Source: Oscillospiraceae bacterium (GTDB lineage: Bacteria > Bacillota > Clostridia > Oscillospirales > Oscillospiraceae). Taken from it: DNA of 38,331 bases. The translations under genes and the position numbers were made by a program. The stretch is taken from positions 1 to 38,331 of the forward strand of contig JAFQDY010000045.1 of the NCBI GenBank assembly GCA_017399325.1, in the 5' to 3' direction. Below, in pieces: positions 7,409 through 15,459 of the stretch. The stretch's first letter is position 1; the number at the start of each line of letters is the position of its first letter. Under the pieces are notes generated by a model. That model was not told the origin of the DNA. It did no database searches and saw only the letters and a program-made list of their open reading frames with translations.

Positions 7409-8595
7409 TAGAGAATATATTCTCTTTCGCCGTTTTGCAAATCCCGCCATACGGGGCTCATGTTCCGCAGAAGTTCCACCACTTGGGGAACAACTGTGAG
7501 AATATGGTCGATTTCTTCGTCCGTGTTTTCGTGGCACAGCGACAGCCGCAAAGAGCCGTGGGCCACATCGTGTACCCGGCCGATGGCCAGCAGCACGTGG
7601 CTGGGGTCTAACGAGCCGGAAGTGCAGGCAGAGCCGGAGGATGCGCAAACGCCTTGTGCATCTAAATACAGCAGCAGACTCTCGCCCTCGATGCCCTCAA
7701 AGCAGAAACTTACATTGCCGGGCAGACGGTTGACTCTGTCGCCGTTTAAGGCGCAATGGGGGATCTTTTCCAGACCTGTGATCAACTTGTCCCGCAAAGC
7801 GGTGGTTTTTGCGGTGTTTTCAGCCATGTTTGCGCAGGCGTCTTCCAAAGCCGCGGCCATACCCACGATAGCGGGCAGATTTTCCGTGCCGCCCCGTTTG
7901 CCACGCTCCTGTGCGCCGCCTTCGATGATGTTCACCAGCGGCAGACCACGGCGGCAGTACAGCGCGCCCACGCCTTTCGGGCCGTGGAATTTGTGGCCGG
8001 ACAGGCTGAGCATATCGATATTTTGGGCCTTCACATCTATGTGCAGGTGGCCAACCGCCTGCACTGCGTCGGTGTGGAAGGGAACGCCGGCTTCTTTACA
8101 AACCGCGCCGATTTCGGCGATAGGAAGAACCGAGCCGATCTCGTTGTTGGCGTACATACAGGTCACAAGACAAGTGTCGGGTCGAATGGCGTCTTTTACC
8201 TGCTGTGCGGTCACATTGTGGCCGTTTTTTACATCCAGAAGGGTCACTTCAAAACCCTCTTTTTCCAGTGCGTTTAAGGTGTGCAAAACCGCGTGATGCT
8301 CAAAAGCAGTGGAAATGATGTGCTTTTTTCCCTTTTTCGCGCCGTAAAAGGCTGCAGAGCGAATGGCCTGATTGTCCGCTTCGCTGCCGCCGGAAGTGAA
8401 GTAGATCTCTCTGGGTTCACAACCCAAACAAGCCGCGACCCGCGCCCGGGCGTCGGCAAGTATTTCGTTGGCTTCCTGACCTACCGTGTGCAAACTGGAG
8501 GGGTTGCCGTAGTGTGTTTCAAAGCAGGGCATCATGGCCTGCAAAGCGTGCTGACTGATCTTTGTCGTTGCCGCATTATCCGCATAAATTTGCAT
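7408..8595 (-). CDS. iscS: Cysteine desulfurase NifS/IscS
   Basis: YADNAATT, GNPSS, HTDAVQA, SGHKFHGPKG and SSGSACTS motifs. Confidence 0.96.
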   Translation of the reverse strand: MQIYADNAATTKISQHALQAMMPCFETHYGNPSSLHTVGQEANEILADARARVAACLGCEPREIYFTSGGSEADNQAIRSAAFYGAKKGKKHIISTAFEHHAVLHTLNALEKEGFEVTLLDVKNGHNVTAQQVKDAIRPDTCLVTCMYANNEIGSVLPIAEIGAVCKEAGVPFHTDAVQAVGHLHIDVKAQNIDMLSLSGHKFHGPKGVGALYCRRGLPLVNIIEGGAQERGKRGGTENLPAIVGMAAALEDACANMAENTAKTTALRDKLITGLEKIPHCALNGDRVNRLPGNVSFCFEGIEGESLLLYLDAQGVCASSGSACTSGSLDPSHVLLAIGRVHDVAHGSLRLSLCHENTDEEIDHILTVVPQVVELLRNMSPVWRDLQNGEREYIL

Positions 8596-8615
8596 AAATG
8601 TTTCCTCCGGGAATC

Positions 8616-8670
8616 TACCTAGTTCTTGTGTAGGTAATATACCAAATCTTACCTACTTTGTCAATAGGTA
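8616..8670 (-). promoter_or_regulatory. iscS promoter overlapped by two TACCTA-N9-TAGGTA palindromes (putative Rrf2 operators)
   Basis: Palindromes at 8616-8636 and 8650-8670. TTGACA (8664-8659), 17 nt, TATATT (8641-8636). Confidence 0.72.
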
Positions 8671-8692
8671 AAAGGCGCGCCGCAACAAATTT

Positions 8693-9136
8693 TTACAAAG
8701 CCTTTCCCAGCGTTTTTACAAAGGCCTCCAGCCCGAGCCTGTCTTCCTCGCTGAAACGGTCAAACAGGGGAGAATCTATGTCCAGAACGCCGATGACTTC
8801 ACCGTTTTTACAGATCGGCACAACGATCTCCGAATTGGATGCACAATCGCAGGCGATATGTCCGGGAAACTGATGGACATCGGCCACCACCAGCGTCCGT
8901 TTTTCTGCCACTGCCGTGCCGCAAACGCCTTTTCCAACAGGAATTGCAATGCAGGCAGGCTTGCCCTGAAACGGCCCTAAAATTAAGGTTTTATCTTCCA
9001 AAAGATAAAATCCCGCCCAGTTTATGTTCGGCAATTCCTGCCACAACAGGGCAGAGGCGTTTGCCAAATTGGCGATGGGGTGGGGAACATTTTCCGTTAA
9101 GCCTTTCAGAAGTTTACATAACATTGTGTAATCCAT
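8693..9136 (-). CDS. GAF-domain free methionine-(R)-sulfoxide reductase (MsrC/YebR-like)
   Basis: LANASA, NWAGFY, LGPFQGKPAC, GKGVCG, FPGHIACD, SEIVVP and LDIDS motifs. Confidence 0.9.
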   Translation of the reverse strand: MDYTMLCKLLKGLTENVPHPIANLANASALLWQELPNINWAGFYLLEDKTLILGPFQGKPACIAIPVGKGVCGTAVAEKRTLVVADVHQFPGHIACDCASNSEIVVPICKNGEVIGVLDIDSPLFDRFSEEDRLGLEAFVKTLGKAL

Positions 9137-9285
9137 AGTTTTCCCTCCTTTTGGCTATTATATCCCAAAAAGCCGGAAGGAACAATCCGGAAATTCCGAA
9201 TTTTCCCACTTTTTTCGACTTTTGCATAGGTTACAAATGCGAAGCCGAGGAATATTAACAAGGCGGACAAAAAGGAGGGAGAAAA

Positions 9286-10254
9286 ATGAAAAAATTCATA
9301 AGCCGTACGCCCATATTTATATTGTGTGTATGGCTGTTAAGCGTGAGCGTCAACGCGGCCAGAATGCTCATTCCCGGAGGACAGGTGGTGGCGCTGGAAC
9401 TGGGGGACAATACGGTCACGGTGGCGGCATTTGATGAAACCATGGGCGCAGCGGCAAGGCAGGCGGGCCTGAAAGTGGGCGACCATATTTTATCGGTAAA
9501 CGGCGTGGAGATTGGGAGTCCCGACGATGTGCGCTACGCATTGGACAGGGCAGAAGGCACAGTGAAACTGACCGTTCTGCGGAATAAAAAGACCACCAAG
9601 ATCCAGATCGATCCTCAGGTGACTCAGGACGGCCCGAAACTGGGCGTGTATCTGAAACAGGGCATCACCGGCGTGGGAACGGTCACTTGGTACGACCCGG
9701 ACAGCAAAAAGTTCGGCACGCTGGGCCACGGGGTCAATAACCCCAAGGGGGAACTTCTGACCTTAACTTCCGGCAGCGCCTATGACGCCACGGTGGTGTC
9801 GGTGCGAAAAGGCGCTTGCGGCAATCCGGGACAACTGCTGGGCGCGCTGCGGGGGTCTGAACCCATCGGCGCCCTTTACAAAAACACAAATCGGGGTGTT
9901 TTTGGCAGGGCTGTCAAAGATTTCACCGGTGAACCTTTGCCTGTGGGCGCAGGCAAAGATGTGAAAGTGGGCCCGGCTACCATTCGGTCCACGGTGCAGG
10001 GGGACAAGGTACAGGAATATTCTGTGGAGATTTTGAAAATTTATCCCAATGCAAGCGGTGCAGGACGGAATATGCTCCTGCATATCACCGACCCGGCCCT
10101 TTTGGAGATCACCGGCGGCATCGTGCAGGGTATGTCTGGTTCGCCAATCATCCAGAATGGCAAACTGATCGGCGCTGTCACACACGTTCTTGTGAATGAC
10201 CCCACAACCGGTTACGGCATTTTTATTGAAAATATGTTAGACGCGGCGGCTTAA
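9286..10254 (+). CDS. spoIVB: SpoIVB peptidase (S55, PDZ)
   Basis: LIPGG, PDZ domain, GTLGHG and TGGIVQGMSGSPIIQNGKLIGAVTHVLVNDPTTGYGIFIENML. Confidence 0.93.
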   Translation: MKKFISRTPIFILCVWLLSVSVNAARMLIPGGQVVALELGDNTVTVAAFDETMGAAARQAGLKVGDHILSVNGVEIGSPDDVRYALDRAEGTVKLTVLRNKKTTKIQIDPQVTQDGPKLGVYLKQGITGVGTVTWYDPDSKKFGTLGHGVNNPKGELLTLTSGSAYDATVVSVRKGACGNPGQLLGALRGSEPIGALYKNTNRGVFGRAVKDFTGEPLPVGAGKDVKVGPATIRSTVQGDKVQEYSVEILKIYPNASGAGRNMLLHITDPALLEITGGIVQGMSGSPIIQNGKLIGAVTHVLVNDPTTGYGIFIENMLDAAA

Positions 10255-10347
10255 CGGGCGATCGCAGATCGCCCCTACAAAGAGAAACAACAATACCTCG
10301 TAGGGGCTCACCTGTGTTCGCCCCCGGGCGGATGCCCACATCCGCCC
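10254..10347. repeat. GTAG-family REP doublet plus extra palindrome
   Basis: ACGGGCGATCGCAGATCGCCCCTAC, 21 nt spacer, GTAGGGGCTCACCTGTGTTCGCCCC, then GGGCGGATG-ccca-CATCCGCCC. Confidence 0.72.
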
Positions 10348-10357
10348 ACCGTTACCC

Positions 10358-10395
10358 CGTCATTGCGAGGCTTGCTTGCAAGCCGTGGCAATCCG
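10358..10395. repeat. CGTC-type palindromic repeat (GTCATTGCGAG...GTGGCAATC)
   Basis: CGTCATTGCGAGGCTTGCTTGCAAGCCGTGGCAATCCG, recognised as a widespread intergenic repeat pattern. Single copy in this window. Confidence 0.6.
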
Positions 10396-10420
10396 CATCC
10401 AAAAATGAAAGGAGAGCATT

Positions 10421-10606
10421 ATGAATTTTGACACGATGCCTGTGGGCTTCGGTTTGGCTTTGTCTGCCAACACGGCGGCTATGAACCGCTATGCCCACTT
10501 GACCGAATCCAAAAAACGCGACATCTTAAACCGCGCCCACAACGCGCGCAGTGATAAAGAAATGTACACCCTCGTTGCAGACCTTGCCAATGGTAAAGAG
10601 TATTAA
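10421..10606 (+). CDS. Small hypothetical protein (61 aa)
   Basis: Strong RBS GAAAGGAG, plausible helical protein (MPVGFGLALSAN..AMNRY..LT) and a terminator downstream. Confidence 0.75.
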   Translation: MNFDTMPVGFGLALSANTAAMNRYAHLTESKKRDILNRAHNARSDKEMYTLVADLANGKEY

Positions 10607-10618
10607 CTGCATATCTGA

Positions 10619-10645
10619 AAAGCCGAGGCGGTGAGCCTCGGCTTT
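10619..10645. terminator. Bidirectional terminator
   Basis: AAAGCCGAGGC-ggtga-GCCTCGGCTTT between convergent genes. Confidence 0.75.
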
Positions 10646-10650
10646 AGAGT

Positions 10651-11775
10651 TTATTCGTGGGCGGTCTTTTTCAGTTGCGCTATAATTTGGCTAAATCGTG
10701 GATGACTACGAATGGCATCAAATGCACTGTCCGAAAGTTGACGCAGATAATCCATAGCGGCATTTTCTGTGGACGAGGAACTGTTTATCATTGGGAGTAG
10801 CCCTTCATTCTTATCCCGGGGCCGTACCAAAAGTGATATTTGCCACTTGTCCTGTGGAAGGACAACATGGGCACCAAGCAGACCGTCACTGTATCTGTCA
10901 AAATTTTCAATGTGTTTAACCATGCTCTCCAGTTCATTCAGTGCAGTTTCTGTATTGCCCATCCTTATATACAGCTTGGCACACCAAAAGTGCGCATCAA
11001 TGAGAAGCTGTTCATCAAAGGCGTAATCTCCGTTTTCATAGAACACATCAACAAATGCAATTACTTTTTGCCAAAGAACAAGGCGTTCTGCATCTGTGAA
11101 TATCGGAGATTCCCCCCTGGAGTATCTCGACAGATTGCGTAGATCCCAAATGAATTTGTCGAAATCAATCGCAACTTGATGGCGCATATCATCTGCCCAT
11201 TCCGCACCGCGCAAGGTCATCCTATGGCATTGCGCTTTTGTATAGACGGGAACAGGAATGGTTTCAGCAAGTTCTTTTGCTCTTTCCGGGTTTCCAACAG
11301 CCATATACAGACGACACAAATTGCCGATTGCATGGTTTTTGGCACTATCGTCAGTGGTGCCTGCAAGGATGCGCTCAAACAGAGCGATGCTCTCTTCCTG
11401 TATGGCGCGATTATGGGAATCACTCAGATTAAAGGCCAGTTCCTCCATAAGAATGTAGGCATCTGGGAATTTTTTTAAACCCTCACGGCATAATGCAATC
11501 CCTTCCTGACGATGGCCAGTGCAAAAGAGTTCCCGCACTTGATTATAGATTTCTTCAATTTGCGCATCCATTGTCCCTACATCTATGCCGAGAAGAACAT
11601 CGGCGCTCACACGGAAAATATTGGAAAGCATCGGTAGTTGCGCAATGTCCGGCGCAGTTCTGTCGCATTCCCATTGGGAAACTGCATTGGCTGTAATGCC
11701 AAGCAATTCTGCAAGTTGTTCCTGGGTCATATCCCGCTCCCGGCGGAGTTTTTTGATTGTTAATCCAATAGACAT
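10651..11775 (-). CDS. XRE-family HTH regulator with TPR-like C-terminal region
   Basis: MSIGLTIKKLRRERDMTQEQLAELLGITANAVSQWE...PDI, followed by helical repeats. RBS GGAGG. Confidence 0.88.
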   Translation of the reverse strand: MSIGLTIKKLRRERDMTQEQLAELLGITANAVSQWECDRTAPDIAQLPMLSNIFRVSADVLLGIDVGTMDAQIEEIYNQVRELFCTGHRQEGIALCREGLKKFPDAYILMEELAFNLSDSHNRAIQEESIALFERILAGTTDDSAKNHAIGNLCRLYMAVGNPERAKELAETIPVPVYTKAQCHRMTLRGAEWADDMRHQVAIDFDKFIWDLRNLSRYSRGESPIFTDAERLVLWQKVIAFVDVFYENGDYAFDEQLLIDAHFWCAKLYIRMGNTETALNELESMVKHIENFDRYSDGLLGAHVVLPQDKWQISLLVRPRDKNEGLLPMINSSSSTENAAMDYLRQLSDSAFDAIRSHPRFSQIIAQLKKTAHE

Positions 11776-11928
11776 AGTATCTGCCTCCAATAAAGATTCA
11801 AAAGTACTTTTGTGAGTCTATTGTATCATGCCTTGCAAAGATTTCCACACAGAGGATTCATATTTCAACTGAAGCGACGCTGTGTTTTTGGTAGGGATAA
11901 CCATATCTTGCTAGACGCAGCGGCATAA

Positions 11929-12046
11929 AGCCTTCCCCTTGAGGGGAAGGTGGCAGCCCGAAGGGCTGACGGATGAGGTGTAAATGTGAAAACCAAACAC
12001 CTCATCAGTCACCTGCGGTGACAGCTTCTCCTCAAGGAGAAGCCTT
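11929..12046. repeat. Bipartite palindromic intergenic element (RIME/REP-like), copy 2
   Basis: Matches 7294-7408 except for the central spacer and one internal hairpin. Confidence 0.85.
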
Positions 12047-12114
12047 GCGGGCGGCCATTGGCCGCCTCTACAAGATGTAACGACAAAATGTAGGGGCGGC
12101 TGTCAGCCGCCCGC
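12047..12114. repeat. GTAG-family REP doublet
   Basis: GCGGGCGGCCATTGGCCGCCTCTAC, 18 nt spacer, GTAGGGGCGGCTGTCAGCCGCCCGC. Confidence 0.8.
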
Positions 12115-12179
12115 CACTTTTTCTTGCAAAATTTCTGCGTTTTGCTATAATAAAAGAAAAACGAGGAAAGAGGGATTTT

Positions 12180-13871
12180 ATGAAAGGGTTAAGAAAGCTT
12201 CTGCCGATGGTTTTGGCAGCGCTGCTGCTGGTTATGCTGCTGCCGGTTTCGGCGGACAATGCGGTCTCCCGTTACGGCAGACAGAAGCTGGGCGAAATGA
12301 CAGGCGGCACTGATTTGCAGTATGTTTACGACAAACTGGTGGTCGGCTGCGAGTCCGCCCAGGCGCAGATCACCATAGACATCAGCGGCAAAAACATCGA
12401 CGCCGACAAGCTGGAAACGGCCTACAAGCTGTTCTACAGCGACTATCCCGAGTACTTCTGGGTGGAGGGCGGCTACGGCGCATCTATGGAAGAGCAGGGC
12501 CAAGTAAAGACCCTGAAGGTATCGCCCGAGTATGCCATCAAAGGGGACGCTCTGACCGCGGCAAAGTCTGCCTATAACGCAAAAGTCAGCGCCCTTACCG
12601 CGGGCCTCAGCGGCTCGGACTACGACAAGGCAAAGACCCTCCACGACCGGCTGATCGAAACGGTCACATACACTTCTACCGCCAACGACCAGAACGCCTA
12701 CGGCGCATTGGTGGAGGGCAAGGCGGTCTGCAACGGCTACGCCCGGGCCTATCAGCACCTGCTGCAGAAGGCTGGCATCGAGGCTTGGTATGTGTCCGGC
12801 AGCAGCGTGAATCCCGCCACCGGCACACCGGTTGGCCACGCCTGGAATCTGGTGAAACTGGACGGAGGGTGGTACTACACCGATGTGACCTGGGACGACC
12901 AGGGGGATGACACCTACTACGCCTACTTCAACATCACCACAAGTCAGTTGCTGGAAGGCCACGCCATCGGTGAGCCCTATGCCGATCTTGTACCCAATGC
13001 AACTGCCACCGCTGCCAATTATTATGTGAAAGAGGGCAGAGTTTTCGCTTCCTACGACCGGGCAAAACTGGCCGCCCTTTTACAGAAAGACAACAATAAG
13101 ACCCAAATCTACATAACAGGCGACACCGATGCATTCGCAAGCGCCTTGAGCGCTGACCTGCTTGACCTTGCCAAAGCGCTGGGCGCAACGGGCGGTTTTC
13201 AGGTCTCCAGCAACCGTTCCCAACTGGGTCGGGCTATGATCGTGAACCTGGTGGTGCTGGAAGAAAACCACACCCACAGGGTGAAAACAACGGTAAAGCA
13301 AGTGGATGCCAGTTGTTTTGCAAATGGCACAAAGACTTATTATGTCTGCAGTTGCGGTCAGAAGTTTTTGGATCAAGGCTGCACCCAGCAAGTAACAAGC
13401 AACAGCCAACTGGTGATCCCGGCCACCTCTCACACCCCCTCCGGCTGGAAAAATGACGCTGCAAACCACTGGAAAGAATGTACCGTCTGCGGCAGCGAAA
13501 TTGCAGACACACGAGCTGCCCACAAGGATACAGACAGTGACCGCGCCTGCGACACCTGTAATTATGCCATTCCCGAACCGGCGATCCCGGAGGATACCGG
13601 CGGCGTAAGCGGCAACGGCGGCGATACATCCTCGGAGCAAGAGGACAACACCCAGATCGAAACCGGCGATGTTACAGACCCCACCCAAGGCACTACCGAT
13701 ATCCCGGACACAAAACCCACAGACAAGACCGATACCCCCAACCAAAAACAGGACGAATCCAAACCTGTCGTTTGGGTGGTCATTCCCTGCGCGGTCGTGG
13801 CAGCAGGCGCAGTGGCAGCCGGTATCATTATGAAAAAGAAGAAGACGGAACACCCGGAATCGGACGATTGA
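12180..13871 (+). CDS. Secreted, membrane-anchored transglutaminase-like (cysteine protease fold) protein
   Basis: Signal peptide; triad motifs AVCNGYA, HAWN and DVTWDD; Cys/His-rich repeats; T/D/P linker; C-terminal TM followed by KKKK. Confidence 0.88.
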   Translation: MKGLRKLLPMVLAALLLVMLLPVSADNAVSRYGRQKLGEMTGGTDLQYVYDKLVVGCESAQAQITIDISGKNIDADKLETAYKLFYSDYPEYFWVEGGYGASMEEQGQVKTLKVSPEYAIKGDALTAAKSAYNAKVSALTAGLSGSDYDKAKTLHDRLIETVTYTSTANDQNAYGALVEGKAVCNGYARAYQHLLQKAGIEAWYVSGSSVNPATGTPVGHAWNLVKLDGGWYYTDVTWDDQGDDTYYAYFNITTSQLLEGHAIGEPYADLVPNATATAANYYVKEGRVFASYDRAKLAALLQKDNNKTQIYITGDTDAFASALSADLLDLAKALGATGGFQVSSNRSQLGRAMIVNLVVLEENHTHRVKTTVKQVDASCFANGTKTYYVCSCGQKFLDQGCTQQVTSNSQLVIPATSHTPSGWKNDAANHWKECTVCGSEIADTRAAHKDTDSDRACDTCNYAIPEPAIPEDTGGVSGNGGDTSSEQEDNTQIETGDVTDPTQGTTDIPDTKPTDKTDTPNQKQDESKPVVWVVIPCAVVAAGAVAAGIIMKKKKTEHPESDD

Positions 13872-13907
13872 TCGCAAAATAACACCGCAGTTTTATAAGC
13901 GGCAAGC

Positions 13908-13936
13908 AAACCCCCGACGAGTAGTCGGGGGTTTTT
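13908..13936 (+). terminator. Intrinsic terminator
   Basis: AAACCCCCGAC-gagta-GTCGGGGGTTTTT. Confidence 0.7.
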
Positions 13937-14065
13937 AACGAGCTGACGGAAAAAACAAACAAATCCTGTTTTTTCACAAGATAACTGTTGACAAACCAGG
14001 CGGGGTGTAGTATGGTACGGCTAGAGGGGGCTGCCCTTCAAAATATGTGAATGTCAGGTGAGAAT

Positions 14066-15421
14066 ATGGAAACACTGAAGCCAAAAGCGCCGTTGTTTTC
14101 CAATCGGGCGCTGGTCAATTTAACTGTTCCGATCGCACTGAATTCCCTGATGGCCATCTTTATGGGTATGGCCGACTCCATTATGGTATCCTCCGCCGGC
14201 GCGGCTGCGGTCAGCGCCGTTTCTTTGGTGGATGCCATCAACAATGTGTTTACCACCGCTTTCGATGCCATTCCTGTGGGCGGCTCGATCGTGACTTCCC
14301 AGTACATCGGCGCCAAGCAGTACGACAAGGCTAAGCAGAGCATCCGCCAGATCCTTTACTCCGGCTTTGCCATCGCATTGCTGTGTATGGCGCTTTTGCT
14401 GTGCTTCCGCAAGCAGGTGCTGAACCTGATCTACGGGTCGATCGAGCAGGATGTGTTCGACAATGCGGTTACTTACTTTACGCTGACGCTGATCAGTTTC
14501 CCGTTTTTGGTGATCGGCTGCACCGGCACGGCAACCCTCCGCGCTATGGCGAAAAACCGGCAGGCCGTTACCATTACCATCACCGCCAACGCGATGAATG
14601 TGGTTGGCAATGCAATTTTGATCTACGGCTTCAAAATGGGCGTGGCCGGCGCGGCCATCGCAACGACCTTCTCCCGTGTCATCTGGTGCGTCTGGGGTGT
14701 GATCGCCATTCGGAGCAAGAAGCTGCCGGCGCAGCTGGAGAAGGTGTTCCCCGTTCGGGTGAATAAGGATATTTTGAAGCGGGTGCTGAAGGTGGGCACT
14801 ACCAACGGCTTTGAAAACGCCCTGTTCTATGTGGGGCGGCTGCTGGTGTCCTCGTTGATCGCCTCCTTGGGCACGGTTTATATTGCAGCGTATTCTCTGT
14901 CAAGCAGTCTGAATAATTTCGGCTGGACGATGCTGGGCTCGTTTACCATCACCTCCATGACCGTTGTGGGTCAGTGTATTGGCGCAGGCGAAAAGGCGCA
15001 GGCCAAGCGAAATGCCAAGAAGCTGCTTGCGGCAGCTACGGTGACGATGGTGGTGTGCTTCTCGCTGGTGGCTGTTTTCAGCAGCCAGCTGGTAAGACTC
15101 TACGACCTGAAGCCGGAAGAACTGGAGGTAGCCGCTTATCATACGAGATTTTCCGCGCTGCTGACGATCTTTACAATGTATTCTATGTCCTTTGTGCCCA
15201 TGGGCGCGTTCCGGGCCGCCGGCGATATTCGCTATCCCGTCATTGTGACGGTCAGCACGATGTTCGTGTTCCGGGTGGGCTTAAGTTATCTTTTGTGCTA
15301 TGTATTCCACTTGGGGCTTATGAGCGTTTGGCTGGGTATGGCGGCGGACTGGGTCTGCCGTACGATCTTGAATACGATCCACTTCAAGCGGGGCAAATGG
15401 CTGGATAAGAAACTGATCTGA
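14066..15421 (+). CDS. MATE family efflux transporter
   Basis: Multiple TM segments; ADSIMVS, SQYIGA, NAILIYG..MGVAGAAIAT, VGQCIGAG and RAAGD motifs. Promoter TTGACA-17-TATGGT at 13988-14016. Confidence 0.92.
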   Translation: METLKPKAPLFSNRALVNLTVPIALNSLMAIFMGMADSIMVSSAGAAAVSAVSLVDAINNVFTTAFDAIPVGGSIVTSQYIGAKQYDKAKQSIRQILYSGFAIALLCMALLLCFRKQVLNLIYGSIEQDVFDNAVTYFTLTLISFPFLVIGCTGTATLRAMAKNRQAVTITITANAMNVVGNAILIYGFKMGVAGAAIATTFSRVIWCVWGVIAIRSKKLPAQLEKVFPVRVNKDILKRVLKVGTTNGFENALFYVGRLLVSSLIASLGTVYIAAYSLSSSLNNFGWTMLGSFTITSMTVVGQCIGAGEKAQAKRNAKKLLAAATVTMVVCFSLVAVFSSQLVRLYDLKPEELEVAAYHTRFSALLTIFTMYSMSFVPMGAFRAAGDIRYPVIVTVSTMFVFRVGLSYLLCYVFHLGLMSVWLGMAADWVCRTILNTIHFKRGKWLDKKLI

Positions 15422-15426
15422 AAAGA

Positions 15427-15454
15427 AAAGGGAACGACCTTGGTCGTTCCCTTT
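15427..15454. terminator. Bidirectional terminator
   Basis: AAAGGGAACGACC-tt-GGTCGTTCCCTTT between convergent genes. Confidence 0.7.
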
Positions 15455-15459
15455 ATTTT

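Noticed and set aside
11828-11872. Short + strand ORF (MPCKDFHTEDSYFN) as the cognate signalling peptide of the XRE-TPR protein
   Set aside because: No RBS and no basic/hydrophobic signal-peptide character; it overlaps the XRE promoter.
11860-11928. Integron attC-like site next to the XRE gene
   Set aside because: A GTTGAAA is present on the minus strand, but there is no matching RYYYAAC inverse core, no second site and no integrase.
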